NCBI GenBank assembly: GCA_965204745.1
Contig: OZ242010.1
Span: 2,976,001 to 3,040,000, forward strand
Direction: 5' to 3'
Length of the DNA stretch: 64,000 nucleotides
Origin: Candidatus Latescibacterota bacterium
GTDB lineage: Bacteria; Latescibacterota; UBA2968
The position numbers and the translations under genes are program-made. The number at the start of each line of letters is the position of its first letter. The stretch's first letter is position 1. Positions 1-8,948 of this stretch are shown one piece after another. The notes under the pieces are model-generated. The model made no database searches and had not been told where the DNA came from. It saw only the letters and a list, made by a program, of their open reading frames with translations.

Positions 1-1041
1 AATGGCGAACAATACGCTATCAGCCACGCCTGGGCCAACGACTTTGACGAGGACTCGTGCGAAACGTACAGGCAGAATATCGCCCAGGATTCCGTTATAT
101 GTCGCGCTGTCGAACAACTGGACTTTTCAAGCCTGTCTCCAATTGATATTTTAGCATTTGGATTCCCGTGCAATGATTTTAGTGTCGTAGGCAAAAAAAG
201 GGGCATAAACGGCGTGTACGGGCCACTCTATTCTTATGGCGTTCGCGCTCTAGAACATTTTAGGCCAAAATGGTTTCTCGCAGAGAATGTTGGCGGACTT
301 AGAAATGCAAACGACGGACGTGCATTCCAGACCATTCTCAAAGAACTTCAAGATGTGGGATACGCCATAACGCCGCACCTATACCGCTTTGAAGAATACG
401 GCGTTCCACAAGCGAGACACCGCATCATCATAATAGGCATACGGTCGGATATCCCCGTGACATTCAAAGTGCCTGCGCCGTTTTCAAAGCCACTCCGCAC
501 CTGCAAAGAGGCGGTTGAAAAACCACCTATACCCGCTGACGCACCAAATAACGAGCGCACAAAACAAGCGACATGGGTCATTGAACGTCTGAAACACATC
601 AAACCCGGGGAAAACGCATTTACGGCCGACCTTCCCGAACATCTGAAGCTAAACGTCAAAGGCGCGAAAATCAGCCAAATCTACAAAAAATTAGACCCAA
701 ACAAGCCCGCCTACACGATTACAGGGAGCGGCGGCGGCGGAACACATGTGTATCATTGGAGCGAAGACAGAGCATTGACAAACCGCGAGAGAGCGAGGCT
801 TCAAACCTTCCCTGACGATTTTATTTTTATTGGATCAAAAGAAAGTGTCAGAAGACAAATAGGTATGGCACTTCCACCGTTGGGATCGCAGGTCATTTTT
901 GATGCTACCCTGAAGTGTTTCGCAGGTATAGATTATCTCTCGGTTAAACCGAATATCACTCCGACGGGTGATATGATTCGATGCGTACATAAGGCTCCCC
1001 ATAGAACTGACAAGGACGGATTTCTTCCCACCCAGAGGTGA
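1..1041 (+). CDS. DNA (cytosine-5)-methyltransferase, 5'-truncated by the window edge
   Basis: Frame 1 is open from base 1. It carries C5-MTase motifs: AWANDFD, GFPCNDFS (motif IV), FLAENVGG (VI), PQARHR (VIII), RERARLQTFPDDF (IX), RRQIGMA (X). Confidence 0.93.
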   Translation, partial: NGEQYAISHAWANDFDEDSCETYRQNIAQDSVICRAVEQLDFSSLSPIDILAFGFPCNDFSVVGKKRGINGVYGPLYSYGVRALEHFRPKWFLAENVGGLRNANDGRAFQTILKELQDVGYAITPHLYRFEEYGVPQARHRIIIIGIRSDIPVTFKVPAPFSKPLRTCKEAVEKPPIPADAPNNERTKQATWVIERLKHIKPGENAFTADLPEHLKLNVKGAKISQIYKKLDPNKPAYTITGSGGGGTHVYHWSEDRALTNRERARLQTFPDDFIFIGSKESVRRQIGMALPPLGSQVIFDATLKCFAGIDYLSVKPNITPTGDMIRCVHKAPHRTDKDGFLPTQR

Positions 1042-1279
1042 ACACTTCACGATACTCACAGATGATAACAAAGCGTTGATTTGTGTACGCCGCCAAGACT
1101 ACGGCAAGGCAATACATACACCCGATAACAATAGCCGTATGGGGCTTTATTTTCGGCACAGACTCAACGTGCCAGAAGGCATGAATATCACAAAAGAAGA
1201 CATGGAGCACTATGGACGCACAGATGTTGATTTCTACAAAATAGACGAAGAAACCTACTATATGGATTTTTCCGTTTGA
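977..1279 (+). pseudogene. C-terminal stub of an NgoFVII-like (PLD-type) restriction endonuclease
   Basis: Frame reads AYIRLP..DFFPPRGEHFTILTDDNK..GKAIHTPDNNS..YFRHRL..YGRTDVDFYKIDEETYYMDFSV, which I recognise as the C-terminus of this REase family. An in-frame TGA at 974-976 precedes it and there is no room for the nuclease domain. Confidence 0.65.
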
Positions 1280-1395
1280 GGGATAAGCCCATTCGCTAGG
1301 TTGTATTGAGATTTACGAGCCATGCAACGGCTTGAGCGATTTATCGAGAAACTCAAGCCCTGACTTTTCGCAGTTCAAAGAAGGCATCCCAACAA

Positions 1396-1706
1396 GTGCT
1401 CTCGCCACCACCCCCCGATCAAGCCATCACGCACAGCGCGCAAGGCCGCCGAAAGTGGAAACGCACCAGTGGCTATCATCGTCGGTCAGTCGTTGAAACT
1501 CACATAAGCCATTACAAGCAACTCATTGGGCGGCAGTTGCGTGCGCGGTGTCAGGATAACCAAGAAACCAAAGCGCGGATAGGCTGTGCCGTGCTCAATC
1601 GCATGTTGATGGTCGCTAAACCCGTGTCCTATCCGGTAGAAAGAGGGGCTTAAATCCAATGGGAAAGGGGCGAACTTCGCCACGACAATATTTATGCAAC
1701 AACGCC
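1396..1706 (+). mobile_element. IS5-family (IS903 group) remnant: 3' part of transposase plus right terminal inverted repeat
   Basis: WKRTSGYHRRSVVET..YKQLIG..LRAR..NQ matches the IS903-type C-terminus. 1690-1706 reverse-complements to GGCGTTGTTGCATAAAT, an IS903-like IR. No N-terminus or left end is seen. Confidence 0.8.
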
Positions 1707-1774
1707 TTGAAAAATTAAAGGATTTTTGGTATTGGCGTTCAAATATTGAAAAATGTCGGGGAAAAGGCGCCGAT

Positions 1775-4156
1775 CTACTCGTAGCGCAGCGATTCGATGG
1801 GATTGGCCAGGGCGACTTTGATGGCTTGATAGCTCACGGTGAAAAAGGCGATGATGAGGGAAAGGATACCGGCAAAGGCGAAGAGATGCCACTTGAGCGA
1901 GGTGTGGTACGCAAAGTCATCGAGCCAGCCGGTCATGAAATAGTAGGCCATGGGCGCGGCCAGGGCAAAGGCCATAGCGACCAGTTTGATAAATTCTTTG
2001 GACAGCAGGAGCACCAAATTGGGGATGGACGCGCCCAAGACTTTTCGGATGCCGATTTCTTTGGTGCGTTGTTCGGCGGTAAAGGACGCGAGGCCGAACA
2101 ATCCCAGGCAGGAGATGAAAATGGCGAGAATGGCAAAAAAAGTCGCCAGCGTGCCCATGGTGCTCTCATTTCGGTACATGCTTTCAAATTGTTCGTCTTG
2201 GAAGGAAAACTCGAACGGGCTGTTGGGATTGAATTTTTTGAATGCCCTTTCCATCCCGGCAATGGCTTCGGCGATTTGCCCCGCAACGATCCGCACGAAC
2301 AAAAATTCGGTGCGCGCGGGATCCAGCCGAATGATGAGCGGTTCGATAGCGGTGTATAGGGATTGAAAATGGAAATTTTTGACCATGCCGATAATCTGAC
2401 CTTCGCGCCCAAACCGGAGGCGCGCACCGACCGGGTTTTCCATGCCCATCGCCCGCGCCATTTCTTCGTTCACGATGTAATTGGTGGCATCGCCGGCAAA
2501 ATCTCTGGAAAATTCGCGGCCGTGTGCCAGTTCCATTCGCAGGGTTTTGACCACGTCGTAGTTGGCGTGTAACCTGTGAAAAATGTGTTCTGAATTGGGA
2601 TCTCTGCCTTCCCACATGGCGTCTGTGCCGGTGCTGCTCACCCTGAGCGGGTTGTGCCCGGTGCTGGTCACGGCCACGATGCCCGGTTGTTGCAACAGCT
2701 CTCGCCTCAACGCCTCGTACTGTTTTTTCGCCGCGCCCTCCAACCGCATGTAGATCAAGTTGTCGCGGTCGATACCCAGGTTTTTGTTTCGCATATACGC
2801 GATCTGTTCGTAAACCGTCAGCGTGCCGATGATGAGCAAAATAGAAAGACCAAATTGGAACACCACCAGAACCCGCCGCAACTGACTCGCACCGGACCCG
2901 GGCGCAAAAGAACCGCGCAACGCCACGACGGGATTAAAATTGGACAGGCAAAACGCGGGATAGGTTCCGGCGAGCAACCCCGTCGCGATGGCAATGCCGA
3001 AGAACATGAGCAAAATCTCGATGCCGAAGAGATCGGTCGTGAGGCGTTGACCGATCAAGTCGCTAAACGGCGGCAAAACCAAGAGGACGATGACCAGAGC
3101 GAGCAGGGATGCGAGCAGGGTCATCAAGAGAGATTCGACCATAAACTGCCCGATCAGAATCGCCTTGTGGGCGCCCACCGCTTTGCGAATCCCGATTTCT
3201 CGAGCGCGTTGCGTGGATCGCGCTGTCGAGAGGTTCATAAAATTGATGCTGGCAATCGCGATGATGAACGCGGCGACGACGATGAACATCTGCACGTAGT
3301 CTATCCGCCCGCCGACGAGTTTGCCATTTCTGTAGTCGGAATAGAGATGGATGTCTCGATAGGGTTGTAAAAACGCATCGCTCGTGACGGTTTTGTCATT
3401 TTCCTTGATGATATTTTTGATCTTGGCATTGAATTGATCGATATCCACGCCGCTTTGCAGTTGGACATATAGCCGAAGGTGGTTCGCGGTCCACTGTTCG
3501 AGCCAGGGTTTGTCGGCGCGATAAGACGCCATTGGCAAAATAAAATCATATCTCTGCGTTGAATTTGCGGGCATGTTTTCAAAGACGGCTGTCACCTTAA
3601 AGCTCTTGTCGTCGTATTTTAAGAGCGCGTGCGAATTGTTCACCACAAAGACCTGCCCCAGCGCGGTCGTTCGCCACTCCGAGCCAAAATATCTTTCCGC
3701 CAGTTGCTCTGAGATGGCGATATCGTTCGGCTCGGCTATCGCCATCTCGGGGTTGCCCAAGAGGATGGGAAAGGTGAACACTTTGAAGAAAGCCCCATCC
3801 GCGTGCTGACCGCGCGCTCGAAATGTTTGCTCGCCGTGCGTCAAAAGCATGGGTTGGTTCCAGGTTACGAGCACGGTTTCGGTCACTTCTGGATATCGAT
3901 CTCGCAACAATTTGGCACTCGGCGCGGGGATAGAAGACAAGGTCGAGATTTTGTTCTTGCCGTGATGGTTTCTCATCAGGCGGTAGATTCGGTCGCCTTG
4001 GGTGTGGAATTGGTCGTAGCTGAGTTCGTGCGCGATCCACAGAAAAATTAAAAAACTACAGGCCAAGCCCACGCAGAGGCCCGCGATGTTGATCGCGGAA
4101 TGGGTCTTTTGATGCCAGAAATTGCGAACTGCGGTTTTGAGATAATTTTTGAACAT
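1775..4156 (-). CDS. ABC transporter permease, MacB/FtsX type (duplicated domain)
   Basis: MFKNYLKTAVRN start; two copies of R..EIGIRK..GA; C-terminal ANPIESLRYE; 793 aa. Confidence 0.92.
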   Translation of the reverse strand: MFKNYLKTAVRNFWHQKTHSAINIAGLCVGLACSFLIFLWIAHELSYDQFHTQGDRIYRLMRNHHGKNKISTLSSIPAPSAKLLRDRYPEVTETVLVTWNQPMLLTHGEQTFRARGQHADGAFFKVFTFPILLGNPEMAIAEPNDIAISEQLAERYFGSEWRTTALGQVFVVNNSHALLKYDDKSFKVTAVFENMPANSTQRYDFILPMASYRADKPWLEQWTANHLRLYVQLQSGVDIDQFNAKIKNIIKENDKTVTSDAFLQPYRDIHLYSDYRNGKLVGGRIDYVQMFIVVAAFIIAIASINFMNLSTARSTQRAREIGIRKAVGAHKAILIGQFMVESLLMTLLASLLALVIVLLVLPPFSDLIGQRLTTDLFGIEILLMFFGIAIATGLLAGTYPAFCLSNFNPVVALRGSFAPGSGASQLRRVLVVFQFGLSILLIIGTLTVYEQIAYMRNKNLGIDRDNLIYMRLEGAAKKQYEALRRELLQQPGIVAVTSTGHNPLRVSSTGTDAMWEGRDPNSEHIFHRLHANYDVVKTLRMELAHGREFSRDFAGDATNYIVNEEMARAMGMENPVGARLRFGREGQIIGMVKNFHFQSLYTAIEPLIIRLDPARTEFLFVRIVAGQIAEAIAGMERAFKKFNPNSPFEFSFQDEQFESMYRNESTMGTLATFFAILAIFISCLGLFGLASFTAEQRTKEIGIRKVLGASIPNLVLLLSKEFIKLVAMAFALAAPMAYYFMTGWLDDFAYHTSLKWHLFAFAGILSLIIAFFTVSYQAIKVALANPIESLRYE

Positions 4157-4230
4157 GGGATGCTCCTATGTCAGTGGGAAAAGGTGAGACACAAGACGGG
4201 AGAAGGGAGAAGGCCACCGCGTTGTTCCTC

Positions 4231-5307
4231 TCAAGTGGTTGCTTCCCTCCTTATATCCACCTCTCGGCCTTCTGCTTGGCTGCGGTAAATGCCATCTAAA
4301 ATCGCCATCACTTGCAGGGATTGCTCTGCGGGGACGGGCGATGGGTTGCCGGTTGCGACTGCTTCGGCAAAGACCATGCACTCGAGCGCGTGGGCTTCGG
4401 TGCGATTGCCCGTGTTTTGCAGGGCGTAATTGTGGTGTTGTTGCGTGTTGTAATCCGAGTAGTAAATCTCGCAATTAGGCAGATGCGCGCCGCCTTGGGT
4501 GCCGTAAAGCCAGATTTGCCGCTCTGCTGAAGGGCCTTGGTGCAGCATCCAACTCGTTTCCAAAATGAGGGATGCCCCGTTTTCAAACCGCACAAACGCC
4601 GCTGCAAAATCCTCCACGTCAAATTCATCGGGGATCGTGCCTCCGCCGCGCCCCATCGTGCTGAACGCGCCCTTTTGACTCGCGAGTTCGGCCTTTGCCA
4701 CGCCGGTCACGGCCACAGGGTTGGGATTGCCCATCAGCCACAAGGTCAGGTCCAAAACGTGAACCCCGATGTCGATGCACGGCCCACCGCCGCTGTGCTT
4801 TTTCATGATGAACCCCGGTCGCGCGGGAACGCCGGATCGCCGCAACATCCAGCATCGCGCGTGGTACACATCCCCCAAAACCCCGGTCTCCAATTCCCGC
4901 TTCATCGCCAGAGACGCGCCTGAAAACCGAGCCGATTGCGCGCACATCAGCAACTTGCCTGCCTGGTCGCGTGCGGCGATCATGTCTTTCACCAATTCCG
5001 GCTTGGGCGCGAGCGGCTTTTCGCAAATCACATGCTTGCCCGCGTCCAACGCGCCGATAGACAGGGGCGCGTGATAATTGTTCGGGGTACACACATCCAC
5101 GATGTCGATTTCTGAATCCGCGAACAAATCTTCGGGATCCGCGTACAATTTTTCGATCCCGTGTTGTTCGCCCCACGCCTTCAGGACCTCCTCGCCAATA
5201 TCACTTCCCGCCACCAATTCGGCATGTTCCGATGCCTGCCACCCGGGAACATGCGTGCGCGCAATCCCTCCCACGCCCACAATGCCCACCTTCAACTTGT
5301 CTGCCAT
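4231..5307 (-). CDS. Gfo/Idh/MocA family oxidoreductase
   Basis: GIVGVGGIA Rossmann motif, GKHVICEKP, GGGPCIDIGVHVLD. Confidence 0.93.
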   Translation of the reverse strand: MADKLKVGIVGVGGIARTHVPGWQASEHAELVAGSDIGEEVLKAWGEQHGIEKLYADPEDLFADSEIDIVDVCTPNNYHAPLSIGALDAGKHVICEKPLAPKPELVKDMIAARDQAGKLLMCAQSARFSGASLAMKRELETGVLGDVYHARCWMLRRSGVPARPGFIMKKHSGGGPCIDIGVHVLDLTLWLMGNPNPVAVTGVAKAELASQKGAFSTMGRGGGTIPDEFDVEDFAAAFVRFENGASLILETSWMLHQGPSAERQIWLYGTQGGAHLPNCEIYYSDYNTQQHHNYALQNTGNRTEAHALECMVFAEAVATGNPSPVPAEQSLQVMAILDGIYRSQAEGREVDIRREATT

Positions 5308-5451
5308 TTTGCCTCCTAAAAAAACGAGCGGTCAGTCCATACATCGCCTCGGCACTGATCGCTCATGGTACGAAATGGCCCGTACATTGTCAACTCAGAC
5401 TGTATCCGAATATCATTCCCGCCGTGTGCGTGCCCTGTCCTTTTCGCAAGC

Positions 5452-5683
5452 CCTATCCCCCCGGCCCCGTTATTCGCTTCGCTCATTGTAGGCTACGCCT
5501 GTGCCTACAAGGAAGATACAAGGGGGAATGGCGAGAGGTCTTCCGAGGGGAATGGCGATAGGTTTTTTGGGGTTCATGGCGTGATCCATTCGCTCAAAGT
5601 CATCAAAACAGGCCTGGATGCAAACCTTCAAGAAAACCATGCGCTCCCCCTTTCCTCGTAGGAAAGGGGGCCGGGGGGATAGG
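5452..5683. repeat. MITE/REPIN-like dispersed element with 17-bp perfect terminal inverted repeats
   Basis: CCTATCCCCCCGGCCCC (5452-5468) and its reverse complement (5667-5683). The interior is homologous to 19241-19582 and 49945-50130. Confidence 0.85.
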
Positions 5684-5799
5684 GCTATGGCGGTAGGGCG
5701 GTGGGGGTAATCCGCGCAATCCCCTAATCCGTTTAATCCGCGATTCAGACACGGCGGGGACAGGACGGGCACACACGGGCCGCTGGGCCGGGAGGCGGA

Positions 5800-6504
5800 C
5801 TACTGACTGCTGGTCATCATCGTTCTCAACTCGGCCTCATCCACATCGCGCGCCTCGGCTTCGCGTATCAAGCGGCCTTGCAAGAGGATGCCAAAGCGGT
5901 CTGCGAGCGCGAGGCCGTGGGCGAAATCGTGTGTCACCAAAAAGAGGGTGCGGCCCTCGGCTTTGAGGCCGATGAGCAGATCGGACAACATCGTTTGCGC
6001 CGAGGTGTCCAGCCCGGTAAATGGCTCGTCTAACAAGAGGATCGGCGGTTGGTGCAAGATAGATCGCGCTATCGCCAATCGCTGTTTCATCCCCCGAGAG
6101 AATGCGCGCACGCGGTCGTGCTGGCGGTGCGATAGGCCGACGCTGATCAGGACTTCTTCGACGCGGGCATCGAGATTTTGAATCCCGTACATGCGACCGT
6201 AAAACGCGAGATTTTCCCGCGCCGTGAGGTCGTCGTATAGCATGGTGTGATGGGAGATGAAGCCGATGTTTTTGCGTATCTGCTCCGGGTCGCGGCGGGC
6301 GTTGTCACCGCAGACCCAAATTTCGCCGGACGATGGTTTTGTCAATGCGGCGATCAAGCGCAACAAGGTCGTTTTGCCCGCGCCATTTGGGCCAAAGAGC
6401 GCGAAGGTTTGGCCCGTTGGCACGACGAGATCGATGTTTTGCAGGGCCGCGAAATGACCAAAGCTACGGGTCAAATTCCGGATGACAATGGCGGCTGTGA
6501 TCAT
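5800..6504 (-). CDS. ABC ATP-binding protein, heme exporter CcmA-like
   Basis: GPNGAGKTT Walker A, FSRGMKQRLAIAR signature, LLLDEPFTGLD Walker B. Start moved to MITAAIV (6504) because the upstream frame extension is repeat DNA. Confidence 0.85.
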   Translation of the reverse strand: MITAAIVIRNLTRSFGHFAALQNIDLVVPTGQTFALFGPNGAGKTTLLRLIAALTKPSSGEIWVCGDNARRDPEQIRKNIGFISHHTMLYDDLTARENLAFYGRMYGIQNLDARVEEVLISVGLSHRQHDRVRAFSRGMKQRLAIARSILHQPPILLLDEPFTGLDTSAQTMLSDLLIGLKAEGRTLFLVTHDFAHGLALADRFGILLQGRLIREAEARDVDEAELRTMMTSSQ

Positions 6505-6520
6505 GATTGGGAGATGGGGG

Positions 6521-6780
6521 TTAGCCACAAAAGGCACAAAAGGCACAAAAGGCACGAGCGGGGTACAACTGGCGATAGCCAGTTCAAAGGCGACAGTGTG
6601 TAGAGGCGATGCCCCCATGCTCGCCCAAAGATACAAGAGGGAGACGAGAGGTAAAACATCCGGCCAACACCGCGCTTTGGGGTGACGGGGTAACTGACAA
6701 CTGACAGCAGTCAGTGGTCAGTCCCCACCTGACCCTACCGCCCAAGTAGTCAGTAGTCAGTCCCCGCCCGCTCCCCACCG
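6521..6780. repeat. Patchwork of short dispersed repeats (CACAAAAGG x3, 39-bp hairpin element, GTAG-type REP, heptamers)
   Basis: 6553-6591 matches 63409-63447. 6600-6627 is related in reverse complement to 18866-18890 and 50448-50475. Confidence 0.7.
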
Positions 6781-6800
6781 CTATGTTCGTTAGAATTAGT

Positions 6801-6856
6801 CAACTGACAACTGACAACTGACAACTGACAACTGACAACTGACAACTGACTACTGA
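6801..6856. repeat. Tandem heptamer array (CAACTGA)x7 plus a CTACTGA variant
   Basis: Directly visible in the sequence. Confidence 0.95.
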
Positions 6857-7924
6857 CTACTCATTCGTCAGATCGATGACCTCGGCTTTGAGGGCACTGC
6901 GGCGGGTTTTGTAATCGGCTTCGGAGATGGCGCCCTTTTCAAACCGCTCGTCGAGGTCCGCGATTTGTTCGAGCAACGCCGTGCGCCGATTGGGAGGGGC
7001 TTTGGGAAAACGCATGTATATGACGAGGATGAGGACCACGACCGCGCTGGCCGCCGAGACCCAAATCCACAGTTGTGAATCAGACGCGACTTCGGGCGCG
7101 GAGAGGCGAATGTCGATCTGAGTGCCGCGTGCGAGTTGGTCCGCGCCATAGCTCTGAAAGGCGTTATCCCCCAGGGTTACGACTCCGCGATCTCGCAGTG
7201 CGGTTGTGGCAATGGGGGTGTCGGTGGGGCGAACGAGCAAATTCACAGCCGCAGTGGGATAGGTGACGCGCTGTATGACGCGCTTGGATGGGGGCAGTGC
7301 GAATGTGAAAAAGGTCTGGCTATTTCCGGGAATGATGGGACGCGGATCGACGAGCAAGGATCCGTGGAGGTGGACGCCTTGTGGTGCGCGGGCGATTTCG
7401 GTGACGCCATCGGGCAGGAGCATTTCCAAGCCGTGTCCGTGATCCCCGCCGGTGAGGTAGGTGCGGTCGCCGCGGTTGTGCGCGATGAGGATGTAGGTGA
7501 CCGTGCCGGCCTGAGCGTCGATGATGATGTGGTGCGAGGCCAAAGAGAGGGCGGTGTCGGAATCCGTGGTCTCAAAAACGGGAATATCGACCCTATCGCC
7601 CGCAGGTGCCGGGTTGCCCGGATAGTCGATGCCGCGGTATCGGGCGAGCAACATGGGCGGTGGATCTGCCCCCGGGTCCGGCGGAACTTCGAGCGCGAAT
7701 CGGCCCTCGGCGTCCGTGGTGTCGCGCACAACCGTGACATCCCCGGTTTCGTGGCGAATATAGGACACCTCGACATCGGGTTCCGGGCGATTCAAGGTCT
7801 GGTTGACCACGCGGCCCGTAAGCGCGAAAGCAGGCGCGCAGGTCAAAAGCGCGAGCAGTCCAATGCAAAATACAAACCGCGCAGGGTATTTGTTTGACTG
7901 CGGTTTCATGCGGATCGCGTCCAT
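6857..7924 (-). CDS. Secreted/membrane protein with carboxypeptidase-regulatory-like N-terminal domain, C-terminal TM helix and SHOCT/CcmI-like tail
   Basis: Signal peptide (LLALLTCAPAFA); TDAEGRF; TM WIWVSAASAVVVLILVIY; LLEQIADLDERFEKGAISEADY. Lies upstream of the ccmA-like gene. Confidence 0.65.
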   Translation of the reverse strand: MDAIRMKPQSNKYPARFVFCIGLLALLTCAPAFALTGRVVNQTLNRPEPDVEVSYIRHETGDVTVVRDTTDAEGRFALEVPPDPGADPPPMLLARYRGIDYPGNPAPAGDRVDIPVFETTDSDTALSLASHHIIIDAQAGTVTYILIAHNRGDRTYLTGGDHGHGLEMLLPDGVTEIARAPQGVHLHGSLLVDPRPIIPGNSQTFFTFALPPSKRVIQRVTYPTAAVNLLVRPTDTPIATTALRDRGVVTLGDNAFQSYGADQLARGTQIDIRLSAPEVASDSQLWIWVSAASAVVVLILVIYMRFPKAPPNRRTALLEQIADLDERFEKGAISEADYKTRRSALKAEVIDLTNE

Positions 7925-8077
7925 TCTCGCTCCGTCCTCGTTAGTTGTGTTGACATTTGAGATATTTTCGTTACGCTATGTGCATGTCAAAACTCATTCG
8001 GCAAAAAGTATATGCAAGTTGTTGCGCGTTGTCAAACGCCTTTAAGCGGAATGGTTGATTTCTGCAAGGAGATCGAG

Positions 8078-8929
8078 ATGGCTGATAGCCAAAAAAAACC
8101 TGACGCAACCCATACCTTGTCTTACGAAGTGCTCAACCGCCAGAACTTTCCCGAATCTGACCGCCATTGCGAGATCGAGGTCTGTGCATCGCCCGAGGAG
8201 TTGCAACAATTGGGTTGGGACGGGTATTTGGTGCGCGAGGGCTTGTTCACGGGCGAGGCTTTGAGCGCGTTGCAAGACGCGCTAGATCGATTGGAAGCGC
8301 GGGAATCGGGCGCGTTTCGAGACAGCGGAAAGCCATCGTGGGGGCGCATTCCCCGGCATTTGATGGACAAAGACCCGGCGTTTTTGGACTTGCTGAAATT
8401 TCCACCCGCGCTGTCTGTGGCGCGGGCCATGATGGGGCCGTTGGTCAGGCTTCGGGGCCTGAGCGCGCGGATCAGCTACCCGGGCACAACGCCTCATCAG
8501 ACGCCCTGGCACCAGCATTTGCGCGTGATTTCCAAGCCCTTGCCGCCGTGGTTTTCCCGACCCCACTGCTTGGATGCCCTCATTTATCTCGATGATTTGA
8601 ATGAAGATACCGGGCCTGTGGTCGTCGTGCCGGGGTCGCACAATTGGTTGCACCGAGAACCGCCCCGAGATGCGTACGCGCCCGTCGATGGCGAGCGCGT
8701 GCTTTGCATAAAAGCCGGCGGCGCAGTGATGATGCACGGCAATCTTTGGCATCGGGGCATGCCCACGTTGCGAACAAAGCGCAGGATGCTGATCTTGAGC
8801 TACACCCCGACTTGGTTGCGGCGGTCTCCCCACGGCGGCCCGCCCCCATGTGGCGGATTGACGCAGGCGGTTTTAGAAGGGGATGACGACGAGGCGCGGA
8901 TTTTATTGGGCAAAGGCGGCTATACCTAA
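8078..8929 (+). CDS. Phytanoyl-CoA dioxygenase (PhyH) family Fe(II)/2OG enzyme
   Basis: [46 protein letters not shown] before the ATG at 8078. Confidence 0.88.
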   Translation: MADSQKKPDATHTLSYEVLNRQNFPESDRHCEIEVCASPEELQQLGWDGYLVREGLFTGEALSALQDALDRLEARESGAFRDSGKPSWGRIPRHLMDKDPAFLDLLKFPPALSVARAMMGPLVRLRGLSARISYPGTTPHQTPWHQHLRVISKPLPPWFSRPHCLDALIYLDDLNEDTGPVVVVPGSHNWLHREPPRDAYAPVDGERVLCIKAGGAVMMHGNLWHRGMPTLRTKRRMLILSYTPTWLRRSPHGGPPPCGGLTQAVLEGDDDEARILLGKGGYT

Positions 8930-8948
8930 CCCTCAAAAGGAGCGACAC

